Part shown: positions 24,435 through 36,235 of the stretch, piece after piece
Layout of the letters: the number at the start of each line of letters is the position of its first letter
Position numbering within the stretch: the first letter of the stretch is position 1
Origin: Felis catus
Taxonomy: Eukaryota
Length of the DNA stretch: 64,000 nt
NCBI RefSeq assembly: GCF_018350175.1
Contig: NC_058369.1
Coordinates: 134,168,001 to 134,232,000 of the forward strand
Direction: 5' to 3'
Notes under the pieces: model-generated
Database searches by the model: none
The model's input: only the letters and a program-made list of their open reading frames with translations
Told to the model about the DNA's origin: nothing
Translations under genes and position numbers: made by a program

Positions 24435-24790
24435 AACAGTGAGGAGCAATTATTTGAATGATACCAGATCTCAACGATTAAGTGATGTGAAAAGATGGGG
24501 AAAGTTGAGCAAATTCTCAGTGGAAAAAAGACTTCATGTAAACCCAATTGAAGTTTTAAAAATTATAAGGTGGATTGATAAAATTGATCCAAGCAAAGTC
24601 TTTACGCTTCAAGACCAGAGAAGTGAGTAGATATGATCTGAAAATTAGAAAGTTGGGAAAAAGGCAAAAAGAAGTTAAAACTCTTTCGCACAAAGGATAA
24701 TAAGAATATGGAATAAATTACTATAAAGGGCCCCTGAAGCAAGGAGCATCATTGAATACAGGAGGGAATGAAATGAATTTCTAAATAAGA
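24435..24790 (+). mobile_element. Ancient CR1/L3 LINE, ORF2 C-terminal remnant
   Basis: Translates to MIPDLN / LSDVKRWGKLSKFSVEKRLHVNPIEVLKIIRWIDKIDPSKVFTL / RYDLKIRK / NSFAQRIIRIWNKL / EARSIIEYRRE*NEFL. This is colinear with the CR1 consensus motifs MIPGL.GLSYEERL..LGLFSLEKRRLRGDLIEV.KI..G.D.VD...LF.L...TRGH.LKL...FF.QRVV..WN.LP..VVEA.SI..FK..LD.FL. Confidence 0.75.
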
Positions 24791-27467
24791 AGGGAAGATA
24801 GAGAAGAACAGGAAGAAAATAGGCTAATGGAAATAAGGGAAACTTTAAAAAGCAGGTGTGCCAAACAGAGAAATCTTTCATTGTGGTCCCTTTACTTCTT
24901 TCTGATATGCTGTTAAATGGCTTTTGGCATAGCCTGTAATCTCTGAAATACTGTCATAGCTTGGTTCTCCATGCTGTCACATTTAACCAAATGCTACATG
25001 GCATTTAACATTCATCTATCTTCAGGGATGTCTAAATACAAATCTATGTAATGTAATTCTACTTTGCAAATAGGTAATTTGAGAACACTACCCACTTTTG
25101 TGGCCAATGAAGTCAACTATTCTACAGATGTTGCATATTCAAGGAATTTTTCCTTAGTGTGTTGCTTTAAAAAAATAAATTAAGTATTGCTCATAAGCAC
25201 CTATAATCTAGTGCATGCCTTAATAATAGATGAGATGATTTTCAATAGGACATGCAGAAAAAGTGAAGGCATATTAACCATTTGTAAACTATTCATAATG
25301 GAACTGAGTGTCTCTCCTTGAGCACACTGTCTTCTGTTATATCTGAAAAGAACCCCCTGCCTTCTTAGCTGGAAGCATGAATCTTTTTTTAGGAAAGGGA
25401 GCTGAGGCTGAATACAGGATTTCAAGTAATGAATGATTTGAAACATTAATATGTAAGGTATTGCTAGCTAATTATTCACCAGTTACTTCAGTGACTCAGA
25501 TGGGGAATAGGTTACCTTTGGGAGACAGGATTCAGCTTTCAAGTGGTGCTAAAGTATTATTACTAGAAGTTATATAGTACATGTTATTGCTAACTGTCTC
25601 CCAAAAGGTACAGATACATAGCTTTCTGGTCTGAAATATAAAGTGCTTAATATAGGCATAGTCATCAAGCGCTTAGAAAATATCTATTTGGTTAAAACAG
25701 ACAAGAAAAGAAAGGGGACTTTTCTTTACCTTAGGCTTAATTTTGAATTTTAAATATTGCTTTCTTTGGTTTAGTCTTTTCCAGACACTTGAACAGGACA
25801 CTCTTTTATCATTTTCTGAATACCAACACAGAACATGAGAGCACACAGAGCTGGAGAATAGTTTATTAATGACTAACCCAGAACTTTCTGAACTCTCAAT
25901 CATACGGAGACATTTCCATATGGGAAAGTTCATCAATAACACATCAAGACAATTATCAAAGTTTGTTGGCCTGGATATCCGACTTTGAGATTCAAGTCAG
26001 ATGTGGGACATGTTCGCTATTCTTAGGCAAGGTTAGTGTAAGGTAAATTAATAGCAGATCATAATCTGCCAAGATGCCCAAAGAAGATTACAGTTTTACA
26101 AAATAAAATCTAAAATGTCATACTGAGTTTACCCAGAGTAGTAGATAAGTAAACAGGTAGGACAGGCTCCACTAGATTCCCAGATTTGGGCATGGATTCT
26201 CTAAACTATAAAAGAGTAGCAGGTAACTGACACTGGGTAAATTCGGTCTAAACATCCAGTACTTCAGTCCATGGAAGAATTGACAAAATCATGTTGCTGA
26301 TTTCATCACTCCCAATGTTTTCTCTTGCCCCACCTCAAGCCAAACCAGTGAAAAGCATGGTGAAATAATCATGATGTTCTTTCCCACTGAATTAAAAATC
26401 TGTCTAAAACTGTCCTCCCAGGAGATCCGCACAATCTATTGGGTTTGGTACCAGAGATGAAACCTATTTAACAATCCTTGCACAGATCCTCACATAGATG
26501 TAAATGGGGCTGGAAAAAATAATGTCCATGGATGATATTAGGGAAACTGAGCAGCAGAACAAGCCACTTCCCTAGAAAACAGTGTCTTTCTCTTCTGACC
26601 TATTTCATAATGAAGAGCAATGTGTGTGGGAGGGAAGATTTTGAGTGTCTAAAGGCACAGAAAGTTAATCAAGACACATTTGTTTTGTGGAGATGTAATC
26701 TCAGAATGGAATTTTTTTAGTTGGGGCTTTTTGGTTTCATTTTCTCAAAAGTCAGCTATAGATTGGTGGGCAGATAAAGTAGCTGGGTTGACATACAGGT
26801 ACATAAGGAGGAAATAGCGCTAATTCATTTCGTTGACAATGCTTTGAGATATTTTATTTTGCAAGCTGATGTGTGTTGCAGATACATAGACAACAATACC
26901 ATAGAGAAATATTTTGTCCTGTGTTTAAATTTTAGGGGCAAGGATTTACCTTGTATAGTTAAAGCAACACATACTAGTATTTTGTGGATGCTGAGATTAA
27001 CTTTCAATATGCGCTCTCCCTTGGGATATTTATATTCTTCCAATCAGCATGGAACTGTCCATCAAAAATAACATTATAAATTTTTTTTAACTTGGCACTG
27101 CGAATGTTTCAGGGCTTTCTTTAAAGAGCTCTAGACAGATTAGCAATCTTCCTGTAAAAATGACCTCTGTCATTCTCCCTAGTGCTGGCTAGTTATTTCA
27201 GTGCAGTTGAATTCAGAGGAGGAGAGGGGTTTCCCCTCTTATTCTTCCTCCTGCTTTTGGATAATTTTAGAACCATTTATTTAAGGTATAGGACTTATGG
27301 CTATTTTAAGAAAGTACTATTATTTACTTTAGATTGCAATGTGCATTACAGTTTAAAGTTTCTTTCTAATTAGAGCACAGAAAAATAAATAGTTTCTAAG
27401 ACGGAAAATACATTTTCCCCCACAAATTGCTTCCATCATTTTTGAACCCTGCTAAGCATTTTTAATA

Positions 27468-28273
27468 NNNNNNNNNNNNNNNNNNNNNNNNNNNNNNNNN
27501 NNNNNNNNNNNNNNNNNNNNNNNNNNNNNNNNNNNNNNNNNNNNNNNNNNNNNNNNNNNNNNNNNNNNNNNNNNNNNNNNNNNNNNNNNNNNNNNNNNNN
27601 NNNNNNNNNNNNNNNNNNNNNNNNNNNNNNNNNNNNNNNNNNNNNNNNNNNNNNNNNNNNNNNNNNNNNNNNNNNNNNNNNNNNNNNNNNNNNNNNNNNN
27701 NNNNNNNNNNNNNNNNNNNNNNNNNNNNNNNNNNNNNNNNNNNNNNNNNNNNNNNNNNNNNNNNNNNNNNNNNNNNNNNNNNNNNNNNNNNNNNNNNNNN
27801 NNNNNNNNNNNNNNNNNNNNNNNNNNNNNNNNNNNNNNNNNNNNNNNNNNNNNNNNNNNNNNNNNNNNNNNNNNNNNNNNNNNNNNNNNNNNNNNNNNNN
27901 NNNNNNNNNNNNNNNNNNNNNNNNNNNNNNNNNNNNNNNNNNNNNNNNNNNNNNNNNNNNNNNNNNNNNNNNNNNNNNNNNNNNNNNNNNNNNNNNNNNN
28001 NNNNNNNNNNNNNNNNNNNNNNNNNNNNNNNNNNNNNNNNNNNNNNNNNNNNNNNNNNNNNNNNNNNNNNNNNNNNNNNNNNNNNNNNNNNNNNNNNNNN
28101 NNNNNNNNNNNNNNNNNNNNNNNNNNNNNNNNNNAAAGNNNNNNNNNNNNNNNNNNNNNNNNNNNNNNNNNNNNNNNNNNNNNNNNNNNNNNNNNNNNNN
28201 NNNNNNNNNNNNNNNNNNNNNNNNNNNNNNNNNNNNNNNNNNNNNNNNNNNNNNNNNNNNNNNNNNNNNNNNN
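27468..28273. other. N gap (with a 4-base island at 28135-28138). Further gaps at 29886-30026, 31492-31791, 39034-39368, 39693-39840 and 62688-62820
   Basis: Runs of n in the sequence. Confidence 0.99.
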
Positions 28274-28774
28274 TATGGTACCATTCATACTAGTGTAGAA
28301 AGAATTTAACCAAAGTTCTCCTGGTTTATATCAAAGCATTCCTGTCTTTAAACTTCAACATTTGGTGTCTTGTTTTCTTTTGATTTGATGAGCAATGCAA
28401 TTTTAAACATCATTTGAAAATTTTTCTCCTCATCCATGAAGGCTTTATGTGGGCAATCAACATCTTAAATTTATAACAAAGTATACATGAATGCATAAAC
28501 ATCATCGATAAAACTCAATTGATAAAACTGATGACAGGGGAGTGTTCACCAGAATCTGTCCACTATAGTAATAGCTAGATTGAATAAGGAGTAAATAGCC
28601 TCTTTTCCACAAAGTTTTATATCAAGTATTACTTGATTTAACACAAGTCTACTCTCTGTATGTTTGTTTAATCATAGGCTCCAATTGTGGATTATACATT
28701 TAGAAAAACGAAGACAGTTATTCTTGGACAGCACAATTTCAGTTTATCAATTAAAAGATTTAAAAGATTTATAA

Positions 28775-28993
28775 GGGCGCCTGGATGGCTCAGTGGGTTA
28801 TGCGTCCAACTCCCGCTGGGGTCATGATCTCACGGTTCCTGGGTTCGAGCCCCAGGTCTGGCTCTGTGCTGAGAGCTCTGAGCCTAGAGCCTGCTTTGGT
28901 TTCTGTGTCTCCCTTCCTTTCTGCCCCTGCCCTGCTCATGCTCTGTCTCTGTGTCTGTCTCTGTCTCTCTCAAAAATATATAAACATTTAAAA
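28775..28993 (+). mobile_element. Can-SINE (SINEC_Fc-like)
   Basis: gggcgcctggatggctcag head, body and tail. Degenerate TSD aagattta(t/a)aa. Confidence 0.95.
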
Positions 28994-29756
28994 AGTTTTG
29001 AAGATTTAAAATATTTTGTCACATCACTGGAATGAATGCACCATCAGGACTAGTCTGTGCCTAATTCCATCAGTGCCTAATTCCATCTCCCCCTTACTCT
29101 CTTCTCCTTTTTTTTTTTTGTTTCTTTCTCTGCCTATATTTCTACTTATTTATTTTCACTTTAAAAGCCTTTAGTTATTAAAGCACAATTTTCAAAATAT
29201 TAAACAGAATTCTTACCAATAAATAGCAAACACCTGTCAATGTTTTATTTAATCAGCGAGGGAATCAGCAGGATAGCAAAGCTAGTTCAGAAAAGATGAA
29301 AGGAACTGAACTTGTGGACTGTTATGGAAACAAGAACAGTGAAATAAGATTAGGAAATTACAAAATTAATTAATCCTATGGCTCAATGAATATATAACAT
29401 TTAGAGTTAAATTTTCCACTACACAGAAAAGAAAATGACCACACCTTAGTTCCCTAAAAGTTAGCTTCTCACTTTTCAGAGTTATAAAATGCCTGGCTCT
29501 AGTCAAGTGTGAATTCTAAATAAAACAAATTTACATTCCCAGAGAAAAATCGCATGATACTCACTCAGCCTCAGGCAATCTTGTTGGGTAATTCTCTAGC
29601 ATGACATTAAGGAAACACAATTATGTTTCTGTTTTATTTCCAAAGTTTTAGATAATTCTCTTTAACAAGGTGGGTACATGCACTCACCAGTTTGGCAAGC
29701 CAAAGTCAAAGCAGGAGGACATGATTCTGAATTTGATTCTAAAACAACAAAAAAAG

Positions 29757-29885
29757 GGGGAGTGCCTGGGTGGTTCAGTCGGTTAAGTGTCATACTCTTG
29801 ATCTCCGTTCAAATCATAATCTCACAGTTCCTGAGTTCAAGCACCACATTGGGCTCTGCACTGAGGGTGCAGAGCCTGATTGGGA
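29757..29885 (+). mobile_element. Can-SINE 5' part (3' part lies in an N gap)
   Basis: gtgcctgggtggttcagtcggttaag...gagcctgattggga followed by N. Confidence 0.9.
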
Positions 29886-32479
29886 NNNNNNNNNNNNNNN
29901 NNNNNNNNNNNNNNNNNNNNNNNNNNNNNNNNNNNNNNNNNNNNNNNNNNNNNNNNNNNNNNNNNNNNNNNNNNNNNNNNNNNNNNNNNNNNNNNNNNNN
30001 NNNNNNNNNNNNNNNNNNNNNNNNNNTAGAATTTCAAATTATTGTTGGGATTATTACCACATGATTGAATTTATTTTGTACCATTTCATGTTCTTATTAA
30101 CAGACATGGGAATCTGTGGAATTAATAGGGGAGTCTCAAGGAGTCTTTGAATTGCATTGTTGAACCATAATACCTTGCTATTTATGTATGCTGTATTTTG
30201 ATTGGCTGAAATTTTATTTCTAGCCTTCATAATTAGGAATACTTGTTTAAAAAAGTAGAATTTAATCTAATTAAAATCCCACATATTAAAGTAGGGAATT
30301 GATATATCGTGTAAGTTTTCACTTACATGTTAAAGTTAATATTCTGAGTTATCTGGCAAGAAATTAAAAATTACTTTTGCAAAAAGAAAGGTGTATTATC
30401 AACCTTAGTGTTTTTAATTCCATGCATTAATTGTATGTCCCTTAAGTCATAGCTGAATGCTAAATTAGATGTCAGAACTGACCGTTCTTATGTCTTTCCA
30501 TAAAAGATCATACCTACCAGAAGCTTGGAAATTCTTTAACAAGAAGAAACATTCTTTGCTATCATTTTCTTATACTTATGGTGTCTTTAGCATGTATAAC
30601 ATTAACAATGATTTCCAGAAATGACTTAAGATAAACTTTAATTTACTTCTTAAAAATTACTAGTCACTTTTTTGGGAAATATTATTTTATTCTAAAGAGA
30701 TAGAAACATTATTTCCAGCACATTTTTATTGTATGTAATTATAAATAGGATTTTTCCCTATGAAATAAACATTTTCTTATTATGATTGGTTTTAATAAAG
30801 TGGAAAGAACCAAGACTGAGAATAAACCAGAAGTATCATGCAGATTCACGAACACTATTAACTTGATTATGCAAAATCTGCCCATGGACACCCTTACATA
30901 GAAAGAGACAATGAAATAAAAGTGTTTGTATATGTATTATGATTAATACAAACTTTATCTGAGCAATTGTATTGTGAAAGTCTAAAGGTGATATTGAAAT
31001 TATCAAAGCATTATTCAAAATGTCAAGAGTGTGAGAACCAGAATTCACGATGAATGTCAAAAGACTGTTTACTCTGGGTGCTGTTTGGCCATGTGACATG
31101 GTGAGAAAACAAAAACAAAAACAAAAACCTTGCCTGTGAACAGGGTGATGCTTTAAAACATATCTTCACAAAGCTACTTCTTGTCATCTAGGGCCCATTA
31201 TTTTTAAGATAGATGTTTTGGGCTGCACTAATACTCCTGAAAAGGCAATTAAGAAGAGGATGTATATTTTTACCAAATATAATCAACCCACATTAACTCA
31301 ATTTTTGCACAACTGCATAAAAATCCTAGTGTCCCAGGTAGGGTTGTATTATTTTACCATATCTCCTGGTTAGTACTAAAAGGATCATTTCCAGATCCAG
31401 TGGGTTTCCCATTTTGCTAGAACTGGGCTACCTCCACATGGCATGATTAGCTCTCATCTTAGAAATTGTTTCACACATTTCAAGTTAAATANNNNNNNNN
31501 NNNNNNNNNNNNNNNNNNNNNNNNNNNNNNNNNNNNNNNNNNNNNNNNNNNNNNNNNNNNNNNNNNNNNNNNNNNNNNNNNNNNNNNNNNNNNNNNNNNN
31601 NNNNNNNNNNNNNNNNNNNNNNNNNNNNNNNNNNNNNNNNNNNNNNNNNNNNNNNNNNNNNNNNNNNNNNNNNNNNNNNNNNNNNNNNNNNNNNNNNNNN
31701 NNNNNNNNNNNNNNNNNNNNNNNNNNNNNNNNNNNNNNNNNNNNNNNNNNNNNNNNNNNNNNNNNNNNNNNNNNNNNNNNNNNNNNNNNNNTCCGGAGAT
31801 GAAGATGAGCTTAATTAGAATTATGGAAGGATTTAAAAGTCAGTTAAAAAAATAGAAAACTATTCAAACTGAATATTCAATTCGCAACAAAGTCGAAGAA
31901 AGCCTTAGCTCCCTATGTCCAAACATCTCAAACCTCAAAGGGTCATAGGACAGTCTTTAAGGGAAGGCTGTTCTTGGCATTCACTGCAGTCTTTACCCTG
32001 GAAGAAAAGTATTAAACAAGTTCCACACTATTGGCCACATGGCAGTCAGGGGAGCAAACAGGGAGCACTTTTCACCTCTGTTGCAGTCCCAGTTTTATTC
32101 CCGTCAGGCCCAACACAACCCAGGGTTGTGATACAAACACCACAGGTTCTAAAGGCCCAGGAGGCCCAGGAGATACAAGCGCGAGTGCAGCAGAGTCAAA
32201 AATCTTAAATCTAGCTAAAAGAAACAATTTCTAATCTGACTATTTTGAAATTCACTCATACCTAATACTCCTGAAAAATAGTAAAGGTTAGGAAACCCCC
32301 TCACTCTTATGTTCTGGAGACTTAGGTTCCACACTCCACTGCTACCCTTTGTTTACCTAGAACAGAGTCACACACAGCCCCTCCAAATTCCATTGTTTTT
32401 ACCCCATAAATGATTATCTGAGCTGCTTGTTGCCACAGAACAATCAGAAAAAAATGCTGGTTTAATCAACATTTGATTA

Positions 32480-32798
32480 AGCTCCTCGGGGCCCTGAAAT
32501 TTGGCCCACTTTCTTCCTGTGCCAGCACACAACTCCTCATAAGAACAGGCAGGCCTTGGGAAGACATTCTCTGACCTACTACTCTCAGACCATGCCCCTC
32601 TCTCATCCCACTTCCCCCTAGCCAGTTGTTTATCTCTTTCAATATAAAAGAAGACTTTTTGGCCAAATCCTTGAGGTGCATGTGGATCTCCTGGTGATAG
32701 TGTTCTCCCTGCTATAATAGCCCCTTTTCCCTCCTCTTGCCATAAGCATTTTGAATGCAGTCTTTCCTTAGTAAGTCTAGATTTGTTTTTTATTTAAC
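32480..32798 (+). mobile_element. Old LTR fragment (ERV1-like, 3' half)
   Basis: TATA-like tataaaag, decayed poly(A) signal tgaatgcagtctttcctta, and end gatttgttttttatttaaca. Confidence 0.5.
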
Positions 32799-33989
32799 AA
32801 ATCCTACCAATATTCAGGCACCTTGAAAATTTTAAGTGTGCTCCTCATTCAGGGACTGAATTTTCCTAGATTCCCAGATGTGAACTCCTACAAGATTCTC
32901 TAGATCTGTCTTTCCAAAACCTGCACACACATTTCTGCAAAGCAAGCTTTCTGTGGCCAACCATTCTAGAGAACAAATTTTATCAATGACTTGGCAGGGG
33001 GAATATTTTTGTATTTTTAACAGCTGTAATCACATTTTCACACAAGCAAGATCTACAGAATTCTAATCAGCAGGCCAGGCCATTCTGAAGAATTTTCATA
33101 AAATAATTAAAAAATTCTATAATAACCATATGAATGAAATGATCTATCATGGTGGAGACCAATAATAGAAGTATTGTAGCCATATCACAGTAAAAGGGAC
33201 ATCAAAATGGAAGTAAATTCTACCATGCTTATGTAAACTCCAGATCTTCCTCACCCCAGGAGCTGGAAGCTGGATCAGGCTGACAAGTTAGTTTTTGATA
33301 ACTGAGTTTATAATTTAATAAGCCAGTGGTCTCATTTGTTTTGTTTACACACATAAATGCATACACACACAACCATTGTCTCCCCTAAATTAGTTTAACT
33401 TTTGCCACAATTGTTCTGAACACATAGCAATAGAGTATCCAAGGCTCCATATAATTTTAATAGCACTAATAATTCTGTTTATATAAATGTACTTTTATCA
33501 GTCTTTACCTACCCTATAAAAGGTGTGATTATGTCTAAATTAAATTTCCAGCAGTGAACATATATGAGTTCATAAAAACAGAATATATGCTATGCCTAGT
33601 TTATTAATATATAAAACAAAAGAATAAGAGAAATTCAAAACAACTGAAAATCCAAGGTTATGTCAGATCAGATGCTCTCATCTAGGCTCCTAACAATGAG
33701 GGTGGCAATGAAGATGAGACTTAAATGGCCCCGATAATTATTAATTTATCAATGGCAAGGAGTTTGCTTTAATTTAAAAAGGTATAGAATATACTTAGAC
33801 ACCTACTTAAAATGTGCGTTGTATTATTCTGAGACTAAAGTTTTGAAAATTTGGTAATTTTCATATGAAATTATCCTGAACAGTAACTGCAGTGAAGCTT
33901 TCCTCTTTTAAAGGACTTTCAGGTTTGGAAGAAAAATCACCAGAATGTTTTATAACAACAAAGAGAGAGCTTGATGGGAACAATGACAC

Positions 33990-35235
33990 TACAGCACAAT
34001 CAAACATCCAGGTAAAGCCTGGCTTCCCTTGTAGGGAAAGTGGGGTTTTAAGGATATAGAGGGAGAAGACTGAAAGGTACCTGCTGGCCCTGAAGAAAGG
34101 GTAAGGGCAGGGGGTGGGGGTGGGGGGTAGCGAGGGAGACACACCCCTGAAACACAGACCCTTTGTGCAGCCCAAAGACTGAGACTTATGAGATTAGAAA
34201 ATGCCCCTTCTCCCCACATCCTACCACCAAGCTGATGACCTCAGTAACAGTGGAGTAGAGCTGGGAGAAAAGTGAGAGGCAGAGTTTTTCTGAGAATCAG
34301 CACAAAAGGAAGCACCAAAACTAATCAGGAAGACAAAAATAAGGTGACAAGGTGACGGAAAGAATTCGAAGCCTCTGATGCTCACGGCTACGATGAACAT
34401 ACAGCACAGACCAGCTATTGGCCAGATGAACATAAACCTTCACACTGAACACATATTTACTTCAGTTTCTACTGCCCCTAACAAGGCGCTTTGCTGTCAA
34501 CAATAAATTACAAGGTTATGCCAAAAGGCAAGAAAAACAAAGGCTGAAGAGACAAAGCAACCATCAGAACCATATGCAGATATGACAGAGATGTTAGAGT
34601 AATCAGAGATTTAAACATTATTATGAATAGTATGTCAAAGGCTCTAAAGGAATGTTAAAAATCAACTGAGGCGTGTTAAAAATATTAAGTGTTTATTTGA
34701 GCAATGATCAGTTCCTACCCGGCAGCGCCAAACCGGAAGTCGTAAGGAGTGCACCCCAGCCGGAAGATCAGGGAGAGATTTTTATAGAGAAAAGGCAGAA
34801 GCCAAGCACAGAGATTATTTGATTGGTTGTGTTTGCCTTATTTGGAGAAGCCCCCTTGTTTAACTAGTTTAACAGAAAATGTAGAGTACAAGCAAGACTA
34901 GTTGGGTAATATCAGTAAAGAGATGGCAGCCATAAGAAAGGGTCAAAAGTAAATGCCAGAAATGAAAAATACAGAAGCAAATGAAGAATGCCTGGGTACA
35001 CAGAAACTCAACACAGGTGAGGAAAGAATCAGTGAGCTTCAATTTCAATGGAAATTATCGAAGCAGAAACACAAAGAGAAAAACAATGAAAATAGAAACA
35101 AGAGAACATAGCTTCAAAAACTGTGGTATGATATCACATGGTATAACATCATTGTAGTTGTAATACTAGAAGGTGGAGACAGAGAGAACAAGGCAGAAGA
35201 AATATTTGAAGAAATATAGCCGAAGTTTTTCCATT
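33990..35235 (+). mobile_element. L1M 5'UTR-ORF1 fragment with an LTR inserted at 34653-34874
   Basis: ORF1 motifs (gccaaaaggcaagaaaaac, gaagagacaaagcaaccatcagaacca, gaggaaagaatcagtgagctt, gcagaagaaatatttgaagaaata). Confidence 0.8.
34653..34874 (-). mobile_element. Short, internally deleted solo LTR (ERV1-like)
   Basis: tgttaaa...tttaaca inverted termini and TSD ggaa/gaaa. On the minus strand: CCAAT, TATAAAA, two CTTCCGG, then AATAAA. Confidence 0.8.
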
Positions 35236-35520
35236 GCAAGGGGAGCTACTGCAATCTAATTTGAAGAGTTCATCATCTGGATTTTCAACAGAAAGGCAGA
35301 TGTCACACTGGATGGTGTGGAGGGGTGACTAGGCTTAGGCAAAGTGCTGATCAAGAGAAATAAAGACACAGTTAGGAACATCTGAGAAGATGCTCAAGGT
35401 GTTTATTTTCAGATACTTGTATAACAAATTTTTAAAAACACCATTGAACATACATCTATAAGATGTAAATTTTTAATAAGTATAGAATTGACTTTTAAAA
35501 ACCAAAGTACTATCAAGAAC

Positions 35521-36235
35521 TGTGAAGTTTCTGAGACTTTACTTTACTTGCAAGTTAATAAGTTAGCCTGCCACAGCTTTGTGGATGCTGGCAGGAGACA
35601 CAGGACCCCTGAATCACAGAAGAAAGGTGTTATTTACTGAAGGCACAGAAAGCAGCATGAGCATCACCATATATGTATCAGCTTCCTTTCCATCCAGAAT
35701 CTCACAGGGGTGAGTGGATGCATCCAAGTGGATGCTGCACATGCAGAGGGTTCGTGTTACAGCTGAGTTTAGGGGATTGCAACCTTTTATGACGGTTTGC
35801 AAGGAAACGTTACTGACCTTTTCCCAGGGGGCGGCATTGTCCTTACTATACTGGACAGTAAACAAATCTACCCATTTGCTCTGATAAACACTCCTATTCT
35901 TCCAAGGTTCTTGGATGTCTTCCAAACATCCTTGAAAAAGTATTTTTTTTTAATTTTTTTAATGTTTCTTTATCTTTGAGAGCTGGAGAACAAGAATGAT
36001 CAGGCAAGGGGCAGAAAGAGAAGGAGACAGAGGACCCAAAGCAGGCTCTGTGCTGGCAGCACAGAGCCGGTTGCAGGGCCCGAACCCATGAACTGTGAGA
36101 TCAATACCCGAGATGAAGTCAGACGTCTACCAACTGAGCCACCCAGGCGCCCTGAAGAAGTATTCTAGAACAAAGGCCATCAGTGGGTCTGCTCACAGGT
36201 CTTGCAGAAAGATCACCGGAGAACTCTCTCCTAAG
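35521..36235 (-). mobile_element. ERVL-class LTR (MER74/MER73-like), interrupted by a SINE
   Basis: tacttgcaagttaataagttagcctgccacagctttgtggatgctggcaggagacac is characteristic of this LTR group. Confidence 0.75.
35945..36152 (-). mobile_element. Can-SINE
   Basis: TSD tgaa(a/g)aagtatt at 35933-35944 and 36153-36164. Confidence 0.95.

Noticed and set aside
25790-25990. Acceptor followed by an open stretch of about 50 codons
   Set aside because: There is an in-frame stop soon after the acceptor and no recognisable homology.
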